Shown here: positions 36,401 through 48,716 of the stretch, one piece after another | Layout of the letters: each line of letters begins with the position of its first letter | How positions within the stretch are numbered: the first letter of the stretch is position 1 | Assembly: GCA_964234715.1 (NCBI GenBank) | Contig: OZ174279.1 | Source: Podarcis melisellensis | Lineage: Eukaryota | DNA length: 64,000 nucleotides | Reading direction: 5' to 3' (one strand) | The notes under the pieces: model-generated | What the model saw: the letters and a program-made list of their open reading frames with translations, nothing else | What the model was told of the DNA's origin: nothing | Databases searched by the model: none | Program-made: the position numbers and the translations under genes

Positions 36401-37514
36401 AAGGCTGTTTCTTTCCTTTCCAAATCTGGGGAATTGAACTTGATGCCTCTGCTCCTATTGGCTGATGGCCATTTTTGCATTTGGATGCTCCTTCCTTCTG
36501 AATTAAGGCTTCATATTTTTTTCTGGAGCAGCTTAATTTCCAGAAGTTTGGCAGACAAGTGTGTGACACGGCAGGCTAGTAAATCTATGCAGCATGAGTA
36601 AGATCATGTTAGAAGTTGACTTGAATTTAGGCAGGCCAGTTGCTGGCAACTGAACCATCCTATCTTAGAGAGTGACAGCAAGGTTCAGAGGTTAGAGTTT
36701 TCTCATCTTCCCTAGTTACAGAAACCTGCTTCCTCTCCAGCCATCAATGTGATTTGAGCAAGTCTTAGGTCCCCTGAGGACAGGAAAGGGGAGTTCAATT
36801 CTGTATGTATACATTACTATGTATAAGCAGCAGCAGCAGCAGCAGCTTGCAATCTCATGTTCTCCTTTTTGGTATGAAGCCTGTGGACTTACCAAACTGC
36901 CTTTTGGAAGAATAGAATCATAGAATTGTAGAGGGGGAAGGAATCCCAAGGGTCATCTGGTCCAGCTCCATGCAATGCAGTTATCCTGCCCACAGCCACC
37001 CCTGGGTGGGCCTGAACCATCAACCTCTGGTTAACATCCAGACACATTGACCCATTGCATCACAGAGGCTGCAAAGATTCTTTTTAAGTGTGTGATGTGT
37101 GTCTATAGCTTGATGCCTAAACTCATTGACAAGAAGTGACCAAGAAGCTGCTGTCAGGATGGTTAACTTTTATCTGACAGATAAAACTAGTGAATAGATT
37201 TAAAGTGTTAATGTTAGTCCTCAAACTGCCTTGAGTAGGCTATTTCTGTTGGCAGCATCCGTGAATGAAAGGAAGATGTGCAGAGAAGCAATCAAGCTAG
37301 AAGAGTGGGTTAAAATGGTCCTTAGCCTTAAATCTGGTCTTCTCAACAGGAAGCAGAGGTGTAATGTGGCGAAATGTGTCGGTGGCTTCCTTTCCTTTCC
37401 TAATGCTTGCAAGCACAGCTCAGTACAAATGTACTAATTATTCTCCTTCTGGTACAGGACTCCCGTAAATATACTCGATTCCATGGTTCCTCGACAAAGG
37501 AGTCTTCCATTTGA
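21036..37514 (+). CDS. ARHGAP19: Rho GTPase-activating protein 19, 12 coding exons; the penultimate exon contains an in-frame TGA
   Basis: Exons 21036-21088 (MAAESALRGRGGEKRVG), 28122-28378 (DAICSLVICNDS...FNPDFFVEKLRHEKPEAFTELVVSNITRLIDLPG), 31661-31741, 32062-32271 (EGLFRVPGNS; arginine-finger codon 32085-32087), 32575-32801 (NKMSAHNLALMFSPHILWP), 32987-33073, 33774-33839, 34327-34518, 34658-34756, 34986-35096, 36716-36802 (TGA at 36755-36757) and 37458-37514. All introns are GT-AG and phases are consistent. The last two exons are less certain than the rest. Confidence 0.93.
21465..21848 (+). mobile_element. CR1 LINE 3' fragment in ARHGAP19 intron 1
   Basis: ttatggaactcg..., aaaagaggattagacaaattcatggagg and a terminal (TTCTTATG)2 repeat. 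Confidence 0.75.
21965..22500. mobile_element. Two oppositely oriented, degenerate tRNA-derived (MIR/L2-tailed) SINEs (about 21965-22200 minus, about 22285-22500 plus)
   Basis: gtgactggacagtgtcacccagagag versus ctcactgggtgactgtgggccagtca; A-box-like gtggtgtattggttag. Confidence 0.5.
25423..25468. repeat. Perfect 23-bp tandem duplication
   Basis: tgccccacgatcttatgcaatgt x2. Confidence 0.9.
28563..29017. mobile_element. Tc1/mariner-type MITE with a nested SINE
   Basis: TA|CAGGCAAT ... ATTGCCTG|TA inverted termini with TA target duplications. Confidence 0.55.
28750..28997 (+). mobile_element. tRNA-derived SINE with L2-like 3' end and (CTT)n tail
   Basis: A-box gtggtataatggtta, B-box-like gggttcacgtctcc, gggtgaccttgggccagtcac core, agccgctttgag...aaggcaggatat and a cttcttcttct tail. 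Confidence 0.8.
36912..37060 (-). mobile_element. CR1-tailed tRNA-derived SINE
   Basis: atagaatcatagaattgtagag (reversed CR1 tail) plus a reversed tRNA-like head (ctgaaccatcaacctctggttaaca). Confidence 0.55.
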
Positions 37515-38168
37515 AGATCCACTCAATGGTCGGTCTCTCTCTTTATATCAGTATCTATCTACACACAGCAAAGACTTGCAGCTCTGTGGATAATGCCTGC
37601 TACTCCCAAGCTGTGAGTCAGGACTCGCTTATCCCTCTAACCTCACTTATTGGAGCCTGGCCTACAACTGTGTGTCTGCCAGAATAACAGACTCTTCCAT
37701 TGAACATGAGGAAACCACTATTCAACCACTTGTCTAGCCTGAGAATGGACTGGACAGTATCTGCAGTATAGCCTCTCTTTGGAGAGGTTGCTTTGTATGC
37801 CTTGTTCTCTCAGCTGTCCATCTTTCTAACAGTTCTTTGGGACTTGGCTTACACTGTCCTGTTTTGTGGCTGGTGTTTGTTTGTTTGTTTTTTGATTTTG
37901 GCTTTTAGTGTGTACGCACACTGTTTCTTTTACCCCTGCAATTCCCATTAGCATCCACAGTAGAGTCAAGCTTTCAGATCCCCTTGGCAGCTAGGCTCAT
38001 CTCAGCCTCTCTTTGTATGGAAGTCTCTCTGTTGTGGTTACTGATGGGATTTGAGAAGTAGCTGTGCTCTTAGCTGCCTCTCCCAGATTGCAGGGATCTC
38101 CCTCAGGCCTGTGGCTCATCTGTCACAAATCCCAGCGTCGGACGTATCCGAACTTAGACATCTTAAAC

Positions 38169-39335
38169 CAGGGATGCAGGGAGCCTGTGGCACTCCAGAT
38201 GTTGTTGGATTCAGTCTCCAGTTAGCCCAGCCAGCATGTCCTATTCTTGGGGATGATTGGGAGTTGTAGTCCAGCAATATCCCTCATTTAAGAGCAGCGG
38301 TAGCAGGAAAGAATTTCTGCAAACTGCCCCTTTAAAAAAATAGAGCCCAAGGGCTCCTTGCCTGAATTCTAGCATGTCTGCTGAATCACCTGCAATGTGA
38401 TTACATCTTTCTCCCCTCAAAGGCCGCCAGTTCTGTTGCCACAGACACTTGCCTTCCGCCTGCTACAATTATTCTTCCATCAGCGCTGATTGCCAAGACA
38501 GCGTTTTGGCTGAGGCTCTGCCTGATGGAGTCTGTTTCACTGCCCCCTACCTGTCACATTCCCATTGTCTGTGGCCCAGGCTCTGACGTACGTTGCTTAG
38601 GCAGGACAGGGGGCTGACAGTTTAATGACTAACAATCTGCTGAAAATGCACTGGAAGAGACGAACTTGCAAATACAGAAGGCTAACTGACTTGCTCCTTG
38701 GAAAGGAGGAGAGGCTGTCAAGATGAATAAAAGAAATGTTCCTGTTTCCTTCCATCAACGAGAAGAGGGCAGGTGGGAGGGTAGTGCAATGCTATAGCAA
38801 TACTGCTATTTGCAGCTCTGTATTTGCTAAGCTTTCCCCTGCACCTAAAGGAACAAGTGTCTGTCTGGGTCAGGGGTGGTGAACCTGTGGCCCTCCAAGT
38901 TGTGTTGGACAAAACGCCTATTAAAACTCCCTATTACCAGTACACTGTCATCAGCCCCAGCTAATGTGGCTGAGTTGAACAACATCTGGAGGGCCACTTA
39001 CTATTCCTGATAACTGGCTTCTGCCTTAGTCTCAGATAGATTCGGCTCAAAGGCTTTTGCAAAGGCACTGTATATTTGAATTTCCTAAATATGTGAGGAT
39101 TGAGCTTCTTTTTATTATTCTAAAAAGACTGTCGTAAATCTGTGTCAGGGACCCTGTCAAATGGTCTTCTGATGTGTAGAGATGTATACACCCCTGTTAA
39201 AGCAGGTATGGGGAACCTGTGGCCTTGCAGGTGGTGTTCAACTCAACCTCTTGTCACCCACAACAAGTAGCCATATGGTCTGGAGCTGATAAAGAGTTTG
39301 GGGTCCGACCACATCTGGAGACTCACAGGTTAGCT
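38169..39335. mobile_element. Three short palindromic hAT MITEs in the ARHGAP19 3' region (about 38169-38280, 38871-39000, 39203-39335)
   Basis: Each starts CAGG..GAACCTGTGGCC-like with internal inverted arms (ccagatgttg / caacatctgg). Related copies lie at about 29057-29190, 40070-40175, 43115-43230 and 55840-55930. Confidence 0.6.
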
Positions 39336-39743
39336 GCTTCTATGTTCCTCATCTCCCCAACATTGAAGCTGGTATGTAGCTTCAACCAAAGAAGTAGAAA
39401 ACTGCTAACACTTGGGAGGTCATAGGCAAGACTGAAAAGTGCCAAAAAAAATGTCAGGGGAAGCAATCATAGTGGGCAAAACCAGTTTCGGTTACTCTAG
39501 ATCTTAAGCTTGGGTCATTCAAATCTTAGCGGTATTGTAAGTGAAAGCAGGACTGCCCCCATTGTTGTGTCAGCGTTGCTTGTGCAGGTTCTCTGACTGC
39601 CCCCAATGTTTTTCATGTTTTACTGTTCTCTTAACTTATCCTTATGTGGACAACCTTTACTTATTTATGCAATGTAGTGATGTAAGTAAAATAATATGTT
39701 GTTTCTTGTGGTGTATTGCCCTCTGTTAATGTGAAAATCCTAC

Positions 39744-39749
39744 ATTAAA
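39744..39749 (+). terminator. Candidate distal ARHGAP19 poly(A) signal ATTAAA (proximal AATAAA alternative at 38726-38731)
   Basis: ATTAAA after an AU/GU-rich 3'UTR-like stretch and followed by tggtggttattggtg. Which signal is used cannot be read from the sequence. Confidence 0.45.
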
Positions 39750-42700
39750 TACTGGTGGTTATTGGTGCCTTCTTAACAGACTCTTGGCTAATTTTATTTT
39801 TTATGCAGAATGGAGATCGGATTTAAGAGACGGAGAGTCTGTTACCATAAATATAATGACTTTAAAAGTGTGTGCTTCTGGAGCTGGGCTTGACCAGGGG
39901 ACTCCTGTGCCCGTTCCCTTCCAACTATCAACAACCCACTTCTTTTCCTCTTGCTCTTTCCCATGATTCTATATTCTTCCCATTACTGGCCCATCATTCC
40001 ACAATGGAATAGAAAGTGGGCATCACACTAGTCCTCATAGACATTGTAAAATGGAAGGTCCTCCATTCTGTTATTGGAGGACAACTCTCATCTGCTGTAG
40101 CCAGCACAGCCGGTGGTCAGGGCTGATGGGCATGGTGGTCCACTAACAGCTAGAGGGTCACTGGTTCCCCATCCTCTGTAGAAGGGCTTCTGAAAAGACA
40201 TTTGAGAAAAGAGGGAGCCTGTATTAGATGATCACTATGGAAAGAAGGTTCTTCCCACGGACTGAGTTAATGGAGTAGAGAACCAAGACAACAATGCAGT
40301 CAGAATCCACCCCACTTCTCCACAAGGCTTAATTAGAGGGGAAGGCATAGTTAGGTTTCCTGCTGGCATTGACCCCTGTTGAAAACCCCTGGAGAGCCAC
40401 TGCCAGTCAGCCTAGACAATGCTGGACTAGCTGCACCATTTCTCTGGCTCAAGGCAGCTCTTCATCCAAGTTATTTCAGAACAAAGTGATGGGGAAAAGG
40501 TTATACCTTGCAATCATCCAGCGAGCTACCAATAACTACCTTCTGCCAACCCATGTAGGCAATGCTACTTCTGAAGCATTAACATTGTTAAAACCCAGAG
40601 AAGTTATTTGTTGTCATGTGCTGACAGTCAAAACTGAGGGAATCGGAGAGATCCTGAACTCAAACTACTTCCCTGGAGACTGACCTTAGGAAAGGTCCCA
40701 AAGCTATTTCTCCTGGAAAATGAAATTTCGTGACAGTTTGAAAAGTCACGGCAACAGTGATGATAGGATGTGAAACCTGGTTGCCTTCCCATGCATGCAA
40801 GTGTCTGTCTATAACTGGTGGAAGGACCTGATCCTTGTTTGCCAATTCCCTTTCTCCAATATTAAAATCTAAGCAAACAGTACTTTATTCTTGGTAAAGA
40901 GAGGAAAAAACTTCTGCTACAGAGCCACAAGAGGGAGCTATTTGCTCATCCATGCCTTGTGATTTCCTGTCCACACACCTTAGCATGATCAGCTGGTAGG
41001 TGAAAGGGATTGTGACATGAGAGGTGATGGAGCAAAGGATTGCTATTCTCATTCTTGGTTTGGCCAGTTTTCTCTGTTTTAGCAGATGGGGCCCTGTGAT
41101 TTATTTTCTCCATTGCCTTCACTTGATGCAAACTGCTCCAGATTCCTTAAGCCAAGCAAAATGGGGCCCACACACCAACCCGATGACATGCTGTAATGCA
41201 GTTCCTAATGCAGATGAAACGCAACAGCCCTGTAGCAGTTATTAATGACTCCCATCCCAAGACCACCTTCTAGCTAGCCATAAATACAGAGAAGACAACT
41301 CCTTGGCATCTCTATCAATAAAGCAGGACAAGACTATTATGCCTCCCTCTCTTGTCGGGCCAGGGAAAGGGTTTGGTGGGCTCCATGCAAAGGAAAATCC
41401 AACGGAGTTGAAGAGAAGCAATGCGATGCCCAGTGTACTTCCTTTTGAATCCTTCCTGCCCCCTTCCGGGAGCCAAGGCAATCAGGAAAAACCCTTGGGA
41501 ACCAAGTCCTCTCCAAAGAGGCATGAGTTTATTGCAGTAAAACTGCAGTGTTTGACACTATGGAGAAATATGCCAGACATACTTGGCAACAGCAAGTGGA
41601 AAGTTAGCCTAATAAGCAGTAAATTATCCTACTCTTTCCCTGAGGAGGGATAATGAATTTCTCCAAGTAAAGGAACAGAGAAGGAGAGAGAGGAAGAAAG
41701 TGTAACAGTGAGTACAAACAGGGTCTCTGGCTTAGAGATTCTACATGGAACAGTAACCAAATTCCCACAAATTTGTCACATGTGTGTGGAATTTGATCCA
41801 TTTTGTGTAAACGATGGCTAGAATGCGGTGGGGGAATAGCTGGCACATTCTGCAGCATCTGTTAGGAAAGCTATTGTAATAAGAGTCTCTGAGGGTTCCA
41901 GGACAATAACCATCTCAAGTCCACGTACCTGCAGTTGAAGCCAGTTTCCTGAGCCACCCAAGTGGTGGGATCTTTCCTTTTGCCCGTAGGAAATAAACTA
42001 AGAATCAAGATTACAAATAAATACTTTCTCTGGGCTGGGAGACTGCTACAGTCAATTACCCAAACAACCGTGAAGGCCCTTGGTAGGACCGAATAACAAA
42101 TCCCAGAAGCTACGACCAAAATAGGCTTCCGTTGTAACCAATAATGTGCTGCATTATGGAACTCTGGATGGCTTTAAAGGCTGGAATAAAGCCATATTGG
42201 AAGGGGGAGGTGTTGTGCGTCCTCTGACTTGAAAATATCAGAACTAAAGGTGGCGGAAATCCAAGTATTTAGCAGTTACTAGGAATGCTTTTAACCTACC
42301 TTTCGAGGGCATATGTAAATTCCACCTCCACACTTGCACATGTTGTTGGCCACCATGTCGAATCAACAACCAATGGCTGGAATTGAGACATATTTTGAAA
42401 AATGTACTCTCTTTCAGAACCCAGTAGGACACAAGCAAATCCCCTAGTGGTTAGAGGCCACTGAAAGGAGGCAAGATGGGTCTCACTTGGAAGGGAGTTC
42501 CAAATTCTAGGGCCGCCCAGAGCCTTTCTGCTATTTATTACCTACTTTTCTTCCTCTACATTTCTCATGGGTACGCAATATGCCGCACCTTATAGCTATA
42601 AAGCAAAGTGGTTCATGCGGTAGCTAAAACATGTTTGTTAGTGTGAACAAGAGCTGTGGAAGCTGCACATTCTGAGCTAGAAGTCTTGTTTATATCTGAG

Positions 42701-45700
42701 CTCAGGGTGATGAGAGAAATTATCCTGCAGGTCCAGCACTCATTTTCTGTTTTAGCCACATGTTCCAAGGCTCAGCCTAGGACTGGAAAAAAGACTCCAG
42801 AACTGATCCCTGTCTCAGGTAAGTCCTACTTTTTCTAGCCCCTTTTATTTGGTCTTCCTACTCACACATACCATGCTGCTCACAAGTGCTCAGAGATGCT
42901 TTTCCCTGACATCTTCTGGTTCTCTGTGTTAGTAGCTGTAAGTCAAAGTTGTTGGAGATAACCTTTTACACAAAGAGCTCATGATAGGGGGCCTTGCAAA
43001 TAAACAGAGGACTTTGAGCCACACCTTTCATTGCATTTTCTCAGTCGTTTCATCAGGAAAGAGACTTTCAGAGTACATCTTGGATGCTATGGCTAAAATT
43101 CCATCTCTTTTTATGGCAGGGGTGGTTCTCATGTTGTTGGACTACAGCTCCCATGATTCTTGATCATTGCCTCTGCTTGTGGGGGCTGATGGGAGTCATA
43201 GTCCAGCAACACCTGGAGGGCTCCCCCTGCTTTATAGAGAACATTGTGTGCAATAATTTTGCCAGCCTCAAGAGGCTGCTGGTGTGACAAGACAAAAAAT
43301 GAATAGCGGTAATGATTGTTGAAATTACTTTCCTAATGGCATATAATGTAGAACCTGATGTATTCCATTAAGGCAGCAATCAAATTATAGTCATGTAATG
43401 ACACATCTCAAAGTTCTATAAAGGGACTTTGTAGGAAAGGAATGGTGGGAAGAGATTTCTATAATAAATTATGAAGAGAACTAAAATTGGTGAAAATTTT
43501 AATTGTGCCTCCGCCAGGAACATGAGAGAGGAATAATGTACTGCCCTAGTTGAATATGAAAGCAAGGTTCTGCTTCTGTCGTAAAAAAGCAATTGATTTC
43601 ACTGGTTTCACTAAGGGGTAAATATGTGGATAATGACTGGTGGGACGGGGAAAATGGGCTCAGAGCTTTTGAGGATCTCTTTGAATTATGTTAGTCTTGT
43701 GGGAGAATAAAGGATTTGATCGATCAATACAGATCCAGTACCTGGTCTTGTGTGAAGCAAATGAAAAAGCAAGGCAAGGCACAGTACACAATACATTTGT
43801 CCAGGGTCACCCAATCTGCTTTTTGGGTGAATGGGAATTTGAAACCGGATCTTCCCAGACCAAGTCCAGCACTCAAACTATTCCACCACTCCATGTCAAC
43901 TACCGGTAAATACTTAATGATTTGGTTAATGTTGCATCTGTGGTGTTGCTATTGGCAAACTTCCTGCATCAGAAAACACTGAAGGGTTAGCAAATCTTAA
44001 TTCTTTCACAAAGACCATCTAGTGGCAAAGGCATTTCAATCATGAGTTTAAAAAATCAGTAACAAGCCAGTTGTCTATAGCTACAATCAAGACTTGGTGA
44101 TCTACAGCCAGGTACATTACTGCAGAAAACATGTGCTGTGTTGTGTGACTTTCAGTTGTACTTGTGTCTAATCTATCTGCATGTGAGCTACAGTATTTGA
44201 TACTAATATTGTTATTCAACAACTTTTGAATCTTGGTCTTCATTATCTCCAGATGATGCATCACAAGCAGAGGTTTTGTGACCCACTTGTTATGCATGTT
44301 GAAAGTTGAACATGAGGAAGCAATGATGGATTAGCCTAGTGGAAAAATGTGCAGTATGTGCAGTGAATGGTAGCCAGACCTCTCTCTGAGCTTCTGGCAG
44401 GACTTGCTGGCTTTTCTACAGAAGGCTTTCCAATTACATTGTAATAATCCAATCCAAAATTGGTAACTGATAGACAAAAAGCTCAATTTCACTTACTAAC
44501 CCAAAAGCTTATTAAAGTCGTTAATAAATTGTTGGTCTATAGTTTTCTGATAGTTCTTATTTGTTAGTGTTGTAACCTGCTCTGAGGTCTTCTGACCAAG
44601 AGTGGGATGTAAAATTTAAAAATTAAGAAATGAAAATCCATTGCCGCATCTCAATATGAGCAGCTTGTTGTTCTGCTTGAAAGTGGAGGGTAGAGTAGCC
44701 TCTTACATTCAGTATGCTTTTTGCTTCCTCGACATTCCTACATTCAACCCTGAAATCTTCAGTGACCCCCCCCCTTCTTTTATTCTGGTGGGAACAGACA
44801 GGGACACCCACCATAATCAGTAAGGAAGGAATAGTTCATAGATCCACTGTGGGGAGTATAGGAGTCCTGAGCATCTGGCAGGGCTGGCCTGAGAGGATTA
44901 TATGCCCTGGAGGAAAAATAGCTCTGCACCCATCCTCAGCTTTGGGTCTCTGCTTTCCCCGGTTCTACACACACACACATCTACACCTTCCTTGTCCTGA
45001 CTGTCACTGACTTCTGAAGCTGTGCTGCCCAGCAAGGGAATGTGTATTACAGTTGCTAGGTAACTGCAAAGCTCAGTCCTCAAGGATCTGGTTAAGCGTG
45101 GGTGGGGGTATACATGCCCCAGTCCCTCTGGTATCCCAGGTTAGGTCAGACTCCTTGTTTATCTAAGTTAGCACCAGCGAGCTTCCGTGGGGCCTGTCCC
45201 ACATGTTGCTATTCTGACTCCAGCTGCACCGATATGCACAGGAACAGCTTCCCCTCCCACATCTCGAGAGCCATAGCAGGGCCTGCTCCAAACCCAAAGC
45301 CCTTTGAAGTGTGTCAGAAGCATTAAACAAAGAATGCAGTCTCCATGGAGATGGTACCCCACAAACTTGACCAATCTGCCTCAGCTCCCTCCCCCTTAAC
45401 CGCACAGCACTCCATGTCCAATTATAACAAATCAGATAGGAAGAGAGATGGTTGGGTAGGATAAATGAGATGGAGGACTGTTGCAAAATGCTAAACTACA
45501 CGAGGAAGCTTAATCTGCAGATACAAATAGTTATTCAGAGGTGTGTGTGTGTGTCTGTGTGTGTGTGTGTGAGAGAGAGAGAGAAAGATCTGTTGTTCCT
45601 ATCTAGCAACCTATTCAAGGTGCATAGTATTTGTGTCTACGCCCAAACCTATTGTCCAGCCTACAGCTGATTATGTAATGATAATGCAATTGGTTCCCTC

Positions 45701-45965
45701 TTCTCTATGTCCACTGTTACTGTATCCCAGCACCAACACCATTTTCCAAGTCACAACCACACCACACATTTATAGCACATAGCTTCATCCAAAAAATCTT
45801 GGGAATGGTAGTTTGTTAAGGGTGCTGGGGAACTGTAGCTGTATGAGAGGTAAATTACAGTTCTCAGAATTCTTTTGTGGAAGCCATGTGCTTTAAATGT
45901 ATAGTGTGAATATTCCTGCAAACTAGCTCCCTTCAGAGTGAATGGTGTGTGCTTGTGTATATATA

Positions 45966-46192
45966 CAGTGGTACCTCGGGTTACAGACGCTTCAGGTTAC
46001 AGACTCCGCTAACCCAGAAATAGTACCTCGGGTTAAGAACTTTGCTTCAGGATGAGAAAAGAAATAGTGCTCCGGCGGCGCGGCAGCAGCGGGAGGCCCC
46101 CATTAGCTAAAGTGGTGCTTCAGGTTAAGAACAGTTTCAAGTTAAGAATGGACCTCTGGAACGAATTAAGTTCTTAACCTGAGGTACCACTG
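45966..46192. mobile_element. Tigger-type (Tc1/mariner) MITE
   Basis: TIRs CAGTGGTACCTCGGGTTA / TAACCTGAGGTACCACTG with TA target duplications at 45964-45965 and 46193-46194. Confidence 0.9.
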
Positions 46193-48716
46193 TACCAGGT
46201 AAGGAATAAACAGCATTAAACTGGCTTGTAGGAATTGAGATGTCTTCCTTATCAAGGAAAGTTTTGGGGTGCAGAAACCTAAGTAGGAAGCCCAAGGTTG
46301 AGGAAGCAGTGAAATATGAAGATAGACTAGCTAGACTCCCAAATTTCTGTCGCTGGCCCCAGGGACCAAGAGCAAAGCATGCCAGTTGTGTTACTTTTGT
46401 GTTGTAGTAGTTACATGGTGCAACAAGGCCCAAACAGTTTTCTCTTTGGCTGCAGCATTTGTGAACATTGTGCATGAGGCTTAGCATTCCAGCCTTTCCT
46501 CATACACCTTTCCTTCCATAACGTTCCAGCGTTTTTATTAAGAGATGGAAGTGGGAAAGCAAAATAGCACAGCTACTCACCAATGAAAGGGGTGGGAAGG
46601 TGTTGCTTAGTTAATTGCCTATTGTTAGAAGAGCTGCCCCAGAGTCTGAGATAGGAGATTGTGCACCCAAGAGAGGAAGGTAAGTACTGAATATTTAGCA
46701 TCTTTTAACAAAGTAGCATATTCTAAACAGAAGCCTTTTCAGGAGTTAAGAGTTCCTTCTCTTGTGCACTGAAATCCAACACAGCAAACTCCTGTGCACA
46801 CTTTCTAATATTTTCTTTTGCCATGAAAATAATTCAAACTAAGGGCCCATGGAGAGGTTTGGGGCTGGAGCCACTATAAGCTGATGGTTCAGACTTCAGC
46901 CGTTTCAGTCCCACTTGCCTCCCAGGTCCCTTTCTCTCTATATTGCTTGTTCTGTTGGGTTCTCTCCAACAAAGAAGCCTTGCAGGGTTATTTTACTGAT
47001 TAATAGACTAGCTTTCTACTTGCTGCTGCCAAAACTGCCTGCTGTATTTCTTCATGCTGTCACTCTGTGTTGCCTTCAGGACAAAAAAAAAAAAAAAAGA
47101 GTCTAGCCCACCCTAACTGAACTTCTGCACAGTTACTGACTTCCATGATTAAGAATTACATTTTCTACAGCAGCAAGGCCTCTAAAAGTCTCTGTGGAAC
47201 CAGATAGTGCACAAACCCCATTGACACTTCAGCAATTAGAGGGTGAGATCCTGGCTAACTCCTGCTGTCTCTTTCTGGATCTGCCATTTCTGAAGGGGGC
47301 TAATAATGTTCTCTTGCTTCTCACCTAACTGTGGAAGAACTCATGAAGCCATCATTGGGTGACCTACCTCATAGGATTGTTCTATAGATTACATGAGTGG
47401 AGTCTGGGGACACAGACACCATCCTGAGCTCCTTGGAGGAAAGGCAGGGTAAAATTTAATTAATTAATTAATTAACAAGTCAAGCTCTTTCCCTCGTCCC
47501 CTGCCTCATGTTTTACAGTTGTGGTGATACGATTCTGACTGACAGAAGTTCCTAAATATTTTTTATTTAATAATTTGTTTAATTCTCCCAACCAAACTGT
47601 GTTACAAAAGTAATATTGATTATTGTATAAATGTAAATGTAAATATAAATATTGAATATAAATTGCCCCTCCCCCATGAGGATATCAGGATTCAGATTAC
47701 ATTTCTTTAAAACATAATATAGTTTACAAGTCTAATTTAAAATATTATATTTAGCATAATATTTGATATTCTATAATATATAACACTAATTTTTCCTTTA
47801 CAGTGTTCATTATTTTCTATGAAGTTCCTAAATAAGTAGTGGGACCTCTTTTTAAAATGTTGTGGTTTATCTCTTTAGGATTCCAGTCAGACCCTACCCC
47901 AACATTTTCCCAAAAGCTGTGGAGTAGAGGCAAAACTTGGTCATGGTTTAAGCAGGCCTAATTTTTTGTCTTGAGGGCAGAAATGTCCTCTGCCTGTTTT
48001 CTGCAATGTTAAGATATAGAAATTGCTGACAAGGCCTTAGTCAAATTAAGAAAATACACCATTGTGAAGAAGTTACAATATTTTTACTCAATTGCAGCTG
48101 GCAGCTCTGAGTGACCTTCACAAGTCTCCTTGCGCCCTGATAAGGCTCAAAGACATGCCAGTTCCTCAGAACAATGGAAACCTGTTTCTGCAGGTGTCTG
48201 CCCCATGACCTTTCATTTACTGTTTTGCCTTCTCTTTGAGAAAAGGGGTTTCTTGCTTTAAATTTGTCCCTTCTTCAGGTTCGGAGCTGCTTATGGCCAT
48301 TTTCTTTCTTAACTAGTCCTTTGAGGCTGGGGCTTTGGTTTATGAACAATCTTAAGTTTTATATACACAATTTTCTTATTTTATTTTTGCTTATTGGCTG
48401 GTGAGAGTTAAACGTAAACATTTTATTATTCAGCCTTTTCCCTCCAAACAAACATTCATCCAAATCCTACCAAAGTATCTAGAATTTATCTCTTAACACT
48501 CCTCCGAGTCCACAGAAACCTGTTCCTTTGAACCTCTGCTTGGTTGGTAGCCTTAATATTCTTTTTTTAATTCTTTCCTTACTATTTAGGGTAAGTTACT
48601 GTAGAGCCATAGCATAGCAAAGTTCTTAACTAGTTGGGAAAGGTGGAAGTGCTAGGTGGTAAGTCAAAGAAGAGCTGAATAGTTAAAATTGTTGATAATT
48701 TTGCATGTCGTAATTA

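Noticed and set aside
35961-36569. 202-aa minus-strand ORF in ARHGAP19 intron 10
   Set aside because: Non-ATG start, no recognisable domain and no supporting promoter or splice structure; it is probably chance or an old repeat.
36755-36757. TGA as a selenocysteine codon
   Set aside because: The aligned residue is not Cys as I recall the orthologue, RhoGAPs are not known selenoproteins, and I did not identify a SECIS by eye (a SECISearch run on 37515-39750 would be decisive).
37231-37437. 68-aa + strand ORF as ARHGAP19 exon 11
   Set aside because: The available acceptor (ggcag|catcc) is phase-incompatible with exon 10 and gives an immediate stop. The segment 36716-36802 fits phase and homology better.
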